A stretch of DNA of 25,765 nucleotides, taken from the IMG/VR virus record IMGVR_UViG_3300020045_008627, positions 1 through 25,765 of that record; one strand, written 5' to 3'. Below the pieces are notes generated by a model that did not search any database, had not been told where the DNA came from, and saw nothing but the letters and a program-made list of their open reading frames with translations. Within the stretch, counting starts at the first letter, position 1. Each line of letters starts with the position of its first letter. The translations under genes were made by a program, and so were the position numbers. This DNA is from a virus. Lineage: Duplodnaviria > Caudoviricetes. Shown here in pieces: positions 9,044-15,869 of the stretch.

Positions 9044-9321
9044 GAACGATGTTTTAAGTTAAATTTTTTAGTAGCAATGCCTAAATGATTTTTATCGTAT
9101 GCGCGATGACATTTACCACACATCTCTCTAAAGTCATTTAGGTCACGTTTATATTCATGGCTCAGATTAGCCCATTGAACATTTTTATTTGTTCCACATT
9201 CATAGCATTTTACTGCCTTACCTTTGTGGCGGGTTACCCATGTGTGTAGAGCGTGATAACCAACCTTATCACCCTTCCAAGTCAATGGAATAAATATGAC
9301 CAATAAAACCACTTCCTTCAT
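9013..9321 (-). CDS. Small HNH-like endonuclease (zinc-binding), possibly N-terminally truncated
   Basis: WKGDKVGYHALHTWV.R..G....CYECG......WAN....Y.RD..DF..MCGKCH..YD pattern seen in small phage HNH-type proteins. Unusual hydrophobic 14-aa N-terminus. Confidence 0.65.
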   Translation of the reverse strand: MKEVVLLVIFIPLTWKGDKVGYHALHTWVTRHKGKAVKCYECGTNKNVQWANLSHEYKRDLNDFREMCGKCHRAYDKNHLGIATKKFNLKHRSWKDRKRPSF

Positions 9322-10019
9322 TTCATGTTTTTAAGTTTGTCAATAATTGAATCATGGAAGCCCTGAGGTGTACGCCTTATATTCTGTTGATAGTGGGAAC
9401 CCGTATGAACGCGGTGCTCATATTGTAAACCAGGAGTGACGTAAATAGTATTCCCTCCTTTAAGCCAGTTGTAATTTTGGAAAAGTGAATCACTTGTAAC
9501 CGGGTCAATATTTCCGCTTAACCCCCACGTTCTCAAATACTCCTCACGGTTTATAAAATAGTTCATGGCGTTTAACATGGTCGAACAATTACCTTTGTCA
9601 ATGTACGAACTTATATTATTATGTGAAAGGGCTTGCGCTGTTAACGTAGTGAAGTTAAAATGAGGTTTGGCAAATTCAGGAGCATAGGCCCACGTTTGAT
9701 TCCATTCCCGTTGACTGAAAATAACATCTATGAATTGTCTTGAAAAAATGTTATCAGAATCCAAAAGACAAACCCAATCGTTAGTCGCAAGTTTGACCGC
9801 CTGCCTCTTGTTACGATAGCAATCTAGGTTTACTTCATTGCGGTAAACTTTTACTTTGTCTATGCCATTGTATTTGAATAGAACTGTTTGATAGTTTTCA
9901 TCTGTAGAACAGTCATCAGAAATCACTATCTCACTTACGCGATCATCAGATAGGAACGGTGCCACCGCGTCAAATAAAAGGTTAGTCCGGTTATAGTTAG
10001 TGAAGCACACTGAAATCAT
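9318..10019 (-). CDS. Glycosyltransferase family 2 protein
   Basis: ISVCFTNYNR, EIVISDDCSTD, NEVNL, WVCLLDSDN (DxD). Confidence 0.85.
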   Translation of the reverse strand: MISVCFTNYNRTNLLFDAVAPFLSDDRVSEIVISDDCSTDENYQTVLFKYNGIDKVKVYRNEVNLDCYRNKRQAVKLATNDWVCLLDSDNIFSRQFIDVIFSQREWNQTWAYAPEFAKPHFNFTTLTAQALSHNNISSYIDKGNCSTMLNAMNYFINREEYLRTWGLSGNIDPVTSDSLFQNYNWLKGGNTIYVTPGLQYEHRVHTGSHYQQNIRRTPQGFHDSIIDKLKNMK

Positions 10020-10201
10020 ACCTCTGTAATTTTGATATTATCTTCCGCTATCAAAGTAATTTTACTTTTTGATTTAGGTTGATTATACACAATAACCGAA
10101 AAATCATCCTTAATATTTGCAAATGCAAGGATAACGTTATTCATCTGATCTTGTGTTAGCATGGACTCACCAATGCAAACTATTAAAAGTGGTTTTTTCA
10201 T
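10016..10201 (-). CDS. Hypothetical protein (61 aa)
   Basis: ATGA overlaps at both ends couple it to its neighbours. No recognisable motif. Confidence 0.6.
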   Translation of the reverse strand: MKKPLLIVCIGESMLTQDQMNNVILAFANIKDDFSVIVYNQPKSKSKITLIAEDNIKITEV

Positions 10202-11010
10202 CTCGTATGTATTTTAATCCATGAATCAGGAATCAAATCTACTACTGGCCTCTTAACGCCTGAGGTAGGACCGAACCACGTTTCAGGTGAGGGGCTTATA
10301 ACTATACGGTAGGGGTTATGTCCAAGATAGGCCGCCCACCATGAGAATGTACTATTTGCAATGATGTGGTGACCGCATGAAGCCATTAAAGAAAGGTCTT
10401 GTAACTCGTTGCGACCTTCGGAAAATTCAACTACAATATCACCATAACCTTTTATATTTTCTTTGCACCAATTAATGTCATCTGAAAAAACAATTACCTT
10501 ATGAACAGATACTCTATTACGCAATTCATCAAAAGCCTTAAAAATATAATTAGTACCAATAGGCGGGAAACTCCCCGCGTGTTGTACATAATCACCCCTG
10601 CGAACATGAATACTCACATAGTCCTCGTATTTTTCAACGTGTGGCAATGCAAACACTTTCTTTATTTCTTCATCCTGACCCTCAAAGTATTTCCACGATT
10701 GGAAAAATCCCATCAAGGAAACGTTAGGCCCTAAATCAGGGATGGGATGATAATCGAAATGGCATAGGTCTTTATACATACCGTGGAGGGTGCAATATTC
10801 GTTATCAGGGTGTTCCTGATACCTTCTGCCAGATCCCCAGTTTTCTTTCGGTAGGTTTGGAAAAACTTTATGAATAGCGGAGTAAGGTTCGCTGTTACCG
10901 GAACTGGTATCCACGGCCCACTTGTAACCGTACTTGCGTGCATAGCCAATAGATGCCGCGATTTGAAACATGCTATTGCAAAGCCTTCCGATGTGACGAG
11001 TTACTACCAT
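10198..11010 (-). CDS. Glycosyltransferase family 11 (alpha-1,2-fucosyltransferase-like)
   Basis: GRLCNSMFQIA, GFFQSWKYF, VSIHVRRGDY, VFSDDINWC, HHIIANSTFSWWAAYL. Confidence 0.92.
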   Translation of the reverse strand: MVVTRHIGRLCNSMFQIAASIGYARKYGYKWAVDTSSGNSEPYSAIHKVFPNLPKENWGSGRRYQEHPDNEYCTLHGMYKDLCHFDYHPIPDLGPNVSLMGFFQSWKYFEGQDEEIKKVFALPHVEKYEDYVSIHVRRGDYVQHAGSFPPIGTNYIFKAFDELRNRVSVHKVIVFSDDINWCKENIKGYGDIVVEFSEGRNELQDLSLMASCGHHIIANSTFSWWAAYLGHNPYRIVISPSPETWFGPTSGVKRPVVDLIPDSWIKIHTR

Positions 11011-11174
11011 TATATTTTTTTTGTTTTTTCATAACCATCATAATAAGCAGCGCCCGCAAAAAGACCACATCCAAATGACGCATCAAATTCAAACCATAAA
11101 AGTATGGCGTATTTAATAATCAAAACAATAGTAATAATTCCTATGAAAACTAACATGTCAATAATCCATTTCAT
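11010..11174 (-). CDS. Small hydrophobic membrane protein (54 aa), missing from ORF track
   Basis: MKWIIDMLVFIGIITIVLIIKYAILLWFEFDASFGCGLFAGAAYYDGYEKTKKI*. ATGA overlap upstream and TAATG overlap downstream fill the gap exactly. Confidence 0.7.
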   Translation of the reverse strand: MKWIIDMLVFIGIITIVLIIKYAILLWFEFDASFGCGLFAGAAYYDGYEKTKKI

Positions 11175-11845
11175 AATTTTATCACGTTTAGATTCTTATC
11201 ATTAATATAGAAACTGAAAAGCCTTTCTAAAATAAATACTCCTATCGGCCAATCATTAGCTTTCAAAAGTTTTTTTACCCTTTCAATTTCTTCGTTGTCC
11301 CTTTTCTTTTTGACGTAGTTTGCGTCTTGGAAAAAAACATCTTTTGCAGCAATGTATTCGATCGCTGGGATAAGCCAATCGTTGACGTAGTTATGATATA
11401 TTTCCCGTCTTGCGATAAAGTGGTTTTCATAAATAGTATATTTCAATTCCTCCGGTACTTTACCAAACTTACGCAGAAAGGGCTTGAAAGCTTCAAACGC
11501 ATCTACCCACGCCTTGCCATGCCAGTTAGGAGCGATTGCCAGGGGTTTATGATTAGGCCCGTGAGGTGTAAGTATGGCCACATCAAAGGGCATAGCGGCT
11601 TCGATCTTTTCAAGTGTGAACTCATCCTTGTTTGCGCCTCCTAAAAAGTGGACGGCCCCGCCTCTTTTTTTTCTTAGTCTCCAAGAACACACACTAATAT
11701 AATCAGCATTACTAATAGGTACCAGTCCGGAAATCCAAGCATTTTCAAAGTAAGGAGTAAGACCGACTGAAAAAACAGGTTTAGCAAAGTCGTATAATTC
11801 CGCCTTTTGTGATTGGTCATAGTAGATTTGATATAGGTCAATCAT
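11171..11845 (-). CDS. Putative glycosyltransferase, DUF4422-like
   Basis: LYQIYY, YFEN, DYISVCSWR, YENHFIARREIY..Y..DWL, FILERLFSFY. Probable start ATG 11845 (ATGA overlap) rather than 11944. Confidence 0.55.
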   Translation of the reverse strand: MIDLYQIYYDQSQKAELYDFAKPVFSVGLTPYFENAWISGLVPISNADYISVCSWRLRKKRGGAVHFLGGANKDEFTLEKIEAAMPFDVAILTPHGPNHKPLAIAPNWHGKAWVDAFEAFKPFLRKFGKVPEELKYTIYENHFIARREIYHNYVNDWLIPAIEYIAAKDVFFQDANYVKKKRDNEEIERVKKLLKANDWPIGVFILERLFSFYINDKNLNVIKL

Positions 11846-12033
11846 TTCTCTAACCACTCTCTTACCTTCTTTACACATCCGGAACAGTCCATTTCCATGT
11901 TCTCTAACCCTGATTTTTTTGCCAATGCGAAAGCATGTTTCCATGTAATCAGGTCACGGTCGTAACGATAAATATCCCTGTTGGCTTTCATGTGGTCCCG
12001 TAATTGCTCACGGCTCATTTCTGTGATCTTCAT
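11842..12033 (-). CDS. Small CxxC protein (63 aa)
   Basis: DCSGCVKKV motif. ATGA overlaps at both ends. Confidence 0.65.
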   Translation of the reverse strand: MKITEMSREQLRDHMKANRDIYRYDRDLITWKHAFALAKKSGLENMEMDCSGCVKKVREWLEK

Positions 12034-12512
12034 TGAAGCTGTGATTTAATACGATCCAAATGATCGCTAGTTAAATTAAACCATTCACCTCGTCTTTTAA
12101 ATTGCAATAATTCTTTATGAATCCTCTTCTCTTCTGTGACTGCATTTGGAGTAACAAACGCCATCTTCAAACTAATATCAAAAGGGCAGCCTGTTTGTAA
12201 AACCTCGACTCTTTTTAATGGATTATTGGTGACACCAATTTTGTAAATACAAGTGCCTTTAACGTTTATGAAATAAACATATAAATCAGATATACCTATT
12301 TTATTTAAATTCCAAAGTTTACCGGCCTTTGATTTTCTAACTCTATTTAGTTGAGGTTTTCTATTACTCCTATCTCTAGGGGGTCTGGGCAGCCTTCTTT
12401 TATGGTATTCATGACTATATGCTTTCCGTCTAGCAATAATATTAGGTTGATTGTTATAATCACGCATATACAATCTTTTTTGCTCTCTAATTTCTTCTTT
12501 AGTCTTTGCCAT
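12030..12512 (-). CDS. GIY-YIG-like nuclease (T5orf172/MUG113-type domain) with basic N-terminus
   Basis: YVYFI......YKIGVTNNPLKRVEVLQTGCP...EKRIH......RRGEWF. Probable start ATG 12512, since the listed GTG start lies inside the terminator hairpin. Confidence 0.85.
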   Translation of the reverse strand: MAKTKEEIREQKRLYMRDYNNQPNIIARRKAYSHEYHKRRLPRPPRDRSNRKPQLNRVRKSKAGKLWNLNKIGISDLYVYFINVKGTCIYKIGVTNNPLKRVEVLQTGCPFDISLKMAFVTPNAVTEEKRIHKELLQFKRRGEWFNLTSDHLDRIKSQLQ

Positions 12513-12516
12513 TTCT

Positions 12517-12587
12517 AAAAATAAAAACCCCACCTGAAGAAAGTACTAAGCCGGTTGAGCAGCCTTTCCTCCCCTCATGTGGGGCTT
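12517..12587 (-). terminator. Terminator-like hairpin with U-tract in the leader of the nuclease/glycan cassette
   Basis: Minus strand AAGCCCCAC (12587-12579) pairs with GTGGGGTTT (12533-12525). Inner stem GAGGAAAG/CTTTCTTC, followed by TTATTTTT. Confidence 0.55.
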
Positions 12588-12637
12588 ATAGTTAACCAAA
12601 AAAACAACAACCATTCCCGATGCTCAACCTTCATCAT
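12575..12637 (-). CDS. Candidate leader peptide (20 aa, MMKVEHREWLLFFWLTISPT)
   Basis: ATG lies 4 nt after TACATTTA (12649-12642). The stop falls just inside the terminator hairpin, after its 5' outer arm. Too short to prove coding. Confidence 0.35.
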   Translation of the reverse strand: MMKVEHREWLLFFWLTISPT

Positions 12638-12684
12638 GACATAAATGTAGAAAAAATTCCCGAGAAAAAAAATTCCCATAAATC

Positions 12685-12722
12685 AAAAGGGCAGATCAGG
12701 TTTTAAATCTGTCTGCCCCTTT
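12685..12722. terminator. Rho-independent terminator (probably bidirectional) downstream of the major tail gene
   Basis: + strand aaaagggcaga-tcagg-ttttaaat-ctg-tctgccccttt: GC-rich stem flanked by A and T runs. Confidence 0.75.
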
Positions 12723-12754
12723 CTAAGAGTCTTAGATCGCCACTACGGGCGCGC
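12685..12754 (-). ncRNA. Candidate ~70-nt three-hairpin small RNA
   Basis: Lies between a consensus promoter (12759-12791) and the terminator. Hairpins CGCC-cgtagt-GGCG, TCTAAG-act-CTTAGA, then the terminator stem. No ORF. Confidence 0.35.
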
Positions 12755-12758
12755 AATG

Positions 12759-12791
12759 CAAATATAACTAATATTTTAGTTACTATCCAAA
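12759..12791 (-). promoter_or_regulatory. Bacteroidota sigma-A-type promoter TTTG-N21-TATATTTG
   Basis: TTTG at 12791-12788, 21-nt spacer, TATATTTG at 12766-12759. Matches the -33/-7 consensus. Confidence 0.7.
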
Positions 12792-13361
12792 TTACCTTAC
12801 CAGCGTGTCTAAATAGTCGATAGTCGCCTGTGTCGTGCTGCCATAGGCAAACCGCAACGGTAGCACCTTCTCGCTTCCGATCAGGTTAATAGTTGTGGCC
12901 GTGTCCTCGCCTACGTTCTGGCCCGTGGTATTCAATGGTCCTGCCACCGCGTTAAAGCCTTTTGCCGGTGCGAAAATCTTGAATGCCTCGTTATTATCCT
13001 GTATGATGACAAACATGTCCTGGGCCTGTGTGAGGCGTTGGATTTCGACATCGTCAGTTGTATTCAAAGACATCAATTTAATCATGCCCTTGTGTGTGTA
13101 GCTGATCCCTCCACCCGGAGCGACAGCCAATTCCGAATCAAACTTGTGAGCAAACTTTTGCCCCTGAAATTTAACGAGTCCGTTATATGGGTAAAACTGA
13201 ATATTTGAAATGACACCGGTTTGTGTAAGGCTGAATTTTACGGATAGGTCCGAGCAATACCCTACCCAAAAGTCCTTGTCTACACCCGATGCCTGGAGAA
13301 GATCCCCGCAAACATTTGTGATCCCATTAACGACCCTACAATTAACTGAATTTGCAGCCAT
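12792..13361 (-). CDS. Major tail (tube) protein, putative
   Basis: 189 aa directly after the capsid gene. C....I...C.....SG N-terminus, FVIIQDNN..FKIF, TTGQNVGED..T.INL.G.E...P resemble Bacteroidota phage tail tube proteins. Confidence 0.7.
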   Translation of the reverse strand: MAANSVNCRVVNGITNVCGDLLQASGVDKDFWVGYCSDLSVKFSLTQTGVISNIQFYPYNGLVKFQGQKFAHKFDSELAVAPGGGISYTHKGMIKLMSLNTTDDVEIQRLTQAQDMFVIIQDNNEAFKIFAPAKGFNAVAGPLNTTGQNVGEDTATTINLIGSEKVLPLRFAYGSTTQATIDYLDTLVR

Positions 13362-13365
13362 AAGC

Positions 13366-15615
13366 TTAGTAAGAGATAGTTGTCAAATCGCAATGAATAG
13401 CACCTAAGAAGCCGAACGACATGTTACTTCTGTAGTAACGTTTGTTGTCTTTCTTCTCAAACCAGCTATCGATTTTATCCAAGTCAGAGGTATTTTCTAC
13501 CGCCAAGATGTGGTTTTCTTTTACCGTAAACGCAATCAGGTGGCGGGTGGTAGCGTAAAGCGGGTTAGTGCTGTCAGCTAACATATCGTCCCATATTGTG
13601 ATCGGAGTAACAGGGATGCCACGGAAAGTAAGTTTTCCAAGTCCCTTAGTAGCTGCCTGGTAAGCCAATTCAGTTACGGCTCCCACTGCTGCGTAAGAAT
13701 CGTAAAGGTTCTGCCAGATCGAGCGGGTTACTAAGAACTGACCGCGACCTTGATCGATGGCGTATTCTTTCAACAGGTTTGAACTGTTGTTATAGATGGC
13801 CACAAGTTCGTTATAAGCTGCGCTTGCTGACAGCGTGCCGGTTCCGAAGTTCGTCTTGCTTGCGTAAACGCAATAGTTAGAGGCACCGGATTGATCGATT
13901 AATGACTGCCATAAGCCGTCAATCTGATTCCAGTCCGCACTAGATGAAGTGGTATCTCCGAAAGAAACCCTCCTCCAAATGTCACGTCTCAGACCGTCTT
14001 TCAACAGGTCTATAATCATTCTGTCGATAGGCGTTCCAGCAGGGTCGAAAGAATCAACGCCCGTCTTAAGCCACTCCTGTGCTAACACGTTGTAAGAACC
14101 TGTCAACTGGTTTGTAAAATCATCTTTACACCAGCCTTCGTACATTTCGAAAGGTTTGATTTGCACCGCCTTTGAGGTGATATCAAAGCTTGAACCCGTC
14201 ACAGCCTGATCGCAGCCCGTGTAAGGTTTCAGGATCTTGTTCATCGTTGGTGCGATGTGGTAACGCTTCTTGTCAGAGGCCCCCAAGTCGATGGTAAACA
14301 CGTCAGCCAAAGCCGGTGAGCTTAACGTAGGCTTAAAGAAAATATCTGTACTCAGTACACCATTCCAGGTATAGTTAAGGTTTGTTTCCAAGATGCTCAC
14401 GGCATTAGGGCCGTTGGTACGGTATGAGTCAAACGGGGTTCCGTCTGAATATTTACCGCCCTTGTAGTTGCGCTCTAACCAAGGAAGATTGTCCGCCAAA
14501 AAGGTACGGGTCGCCATGATTAGCTTTTTGTCCTCTGTTCCTGCACCTCCGTAAGGCGCGCTGTGTGTGTTCATACCTTCAATTGGTTTATTTTGTGATC
14601 CTACTGGTTTTGTTTCAAGTGCTTCAATTTTTGCAGCCTGTTCGGCTAATAGTTTTTTGTTTTCTTCAAGTGCCTTTGCGAGTTCTGAAATCTTGGCCTG
14701 TTCGGCTGCGATCTTAGCGGCTTCCTGATCCGCTCGAATCTTAGCCTCCTCAGCGGCTTTGATGCTTGCAAGCTGTGCCTGTACGGCTGCCAACTCTTTT
14801 TCAAGTTTCTGCTGTGCTGACTCCTCGGGGATTGGTGCCGCGGCTCCGTCAACCACTTCTTTAACCACGCCTGCCAATACCACGATCTTGCGACCGTCTG
14901 CCAAATCATAGGTACCGTCAGCCGGTGCCCCGTCAATAGTGGCCGGCTTGTTCACCAGGTCACCATTCTCAGACTCCACCATAATCATTTTACCGTCTTT
15001 GAGTGGCAATTCCATCGCTGTCGGTCCGGCTATCGCCCGTCTTTTGAAGAAGCTCATAATCTCATTTTTAATTTCTGTTATTTGGTTTATCACGTCACTC
15101 ATGCCCGCAACACGGGAATGTTCAATCACTAAGTCAACAAACCCCTGTGCTTTGGCCATGCGTGCATCCATGCGTGTGGTCTTTTTCATCAAAGCCAGCA
15201 TCTCAGGAATGGTACGCCCTGTTTTCTTTGCGTAGGCTTCTGCCATTGCGGAACGGATCTGTTCAAGTTCTTCTTTTGCAGAATTGAGTTCGTCCACGGT
15301 GCCCGCTACCCCCTCAGGGAAAAACGGTTCGTGGATCATGAAAGTGGAGGGGTCCAAAATCTCAACTTCGTTGGCGGGTGCAATAGCTAAGAATGTGGCC
15401 ATGCTTTGGGCCTCACCTTCGATGATTGATTTGATAGGCTTCCCGATTTTCATCAACTCATGATAGCCATTGAATGCCGCGTAGCAGTCACCGCCAGGGC
15501 TTTGAATATGATGAATGATTTTTGTGCAATCAGGGGATAGTGCCGCTATCTGCTCTTTGATTTGAGCGGGGTAATCTTTTGTTATACGTCCTTCCGTGTA
15601 TAGATGGCCTTCCAT
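13366..15615 (-). CDS. ClpP-type prohead protease - scaffold - major capsid protein fusion
   Basis: N-terminal S14 motifs IQSPGGD, AQSMAT (Ser), FMIHEP (His), GFVD. Middle APADGTYDLADGRKIVV and an Ala/Glu/Lys coiled coil. C-terminal ~350 aa capsid-like (GCD, WCKDDF, GD.......IDGL). Confidence 0.85.
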   Translation of the reverse strand: MEGHLYTEGRITKDYPAQIKEQIAALSPDCTKIIHHIQSPGGDCYAAFNGYHELMKIGKPIKSIIEGEAQSMATFLAIAPANEVEILDPSTFMIHEPFFPEGVAGTVDELNSAKEELEQIRSAMAEAYAKKTGRTIPEMLALMKKTTRMDARMAKAQGFVDLVIEHSRVAGMSDVINQITEIKNEIMSFFKRRAIAGPTAMELPLKDGKMIMVESENGDLVNKPATIDGAPADGTYDLADGRKIVVLAGVVKEVVDGAAAPIPEESAQQKLEKELAAVQAQLASIKAAEEAKIRADQEAAKIAAEQAKISELAKALEENKKLLAEQAAKIEALETKPVGSQNKPIEGMNTHSAPYGGAGTEDKKLIMATRTFLADNLPWLERNYKGGKYSDGTPFDSYRTNGPNAVSILETNLNYTWNGVLSTDIFFKPTLSSPALADVFTIDLGASDKKRYHIAPTMNKILKPYTGCDQAVTGSSFDITSKAVQIKPFEMYEGWCKDDFTNQLTGSYNVLAQEWLKTGVDSFDPAGTPIDRMIIDLLKDGLRRDIWRRVSFGDTTSSSADWNQIDGLWQSLIDQSGASNYCVYASKTNFGTGTLSASAAYNELVAIYNNSSNLLKEYAIDQGRGQFLVTRSIWQNLYDSYAAVGAVTELAYQAATKGLGKLTFRGIPVTPITIWDDMLADSTNPLYATTRHLIAFTVKENHILAVENTSDLDKIDSWFEKKDNKRYYRSNMSFGFLGAIHCDLTTISY

Positions 15616-15619
15616 ACAC

Positions 15620-15666
15620 CAAAACTAAAAAGGCTATAACTAACTAATTAGGTATAAAAACGTACC
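15620..15666 (-). promoter_or_regulatory. Putative late promoter of capsid gene: TAGTTTTG (-7 box) plus conserved 21-bp upstream box
   Basis: Minus strand GGTACGTTTTTATACCTAATT (15666-15646), 18-nt spacer, TAGTTTTG (15627-15620), 4 nt, ATG (15615). Confidence 0.7.
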
Positions 15667-15869
15667 TATTTGCAATTAGGACACTTTTTTTTCTTTATCT
15701 CCCTCACGTATCGATCATCGGTGAAGTTGAAATTTTCCGCTGCCTGTTCCTGTGTCATGCCGGAGGCGAGCGCCCGGCAAAGGTCATAGTGCCTTAGGTT
15801 CTCTTTGCGTATCATGCCCGACTCTATCAACTCCTCCACCTGCTTACGGGATAAACTTAATATGTTCAT
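15666..15869 (-). CDS. Small helix-turn-helix protein (67 aa), possible late-gene regulator
   Basis: GMTQEQAAENFNFTDDRYVREIKK is HTH-like, with a C-terminal CPNC. ATGA overlap with the tape measure stop. Confidence 0.6.
   Translation of the reverse strand: MNILSLSRKQVEELIESGMIRKENLRHYDLCRALASGMTQEQAAENFNFTDDRYVREIKKKKCPNCK

Noticed and set aside
9296-9316. Off-frame GSGFIGH at the start of the small HNH gene, resembling the epimerase GxGFIG motif
   Set aside because: Only seven codons, bounded by stops, with weak nucleotide similarity to the real epimerase start. Could be an insertion scar but cannot be supported.
2023-11845. Interpretation as a captured host LPS/capsule locus or a DNA hypermodification cluster
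   Set aside because: No flippase, polymerase, exporter or initiating transferase, and no base-modifying or DNA-methylase motifs. The cassette is coupled into the virion operon. Disfavoured, not excluded, since partners could lie outside the window.
14646-14936. Alternative-frame minus-strand ORFs inside the capsid fusion (96 aa) and inside GT11 (10731-10949)
   Set aside because: Fully nested in strong genes, no slippery site or motif seen, composition typical of off-frame reading.
12792-15615. Bacteroidota O-glycosylation sequons D-(S/T)-(A/L/T) in capsid and tail tube (DTT, DST, DTA, DTL)
   Set aside because: Three-residue motifs are expected by chance, and that host system acts on exported proteins, not cytoplasmic virion proteins.
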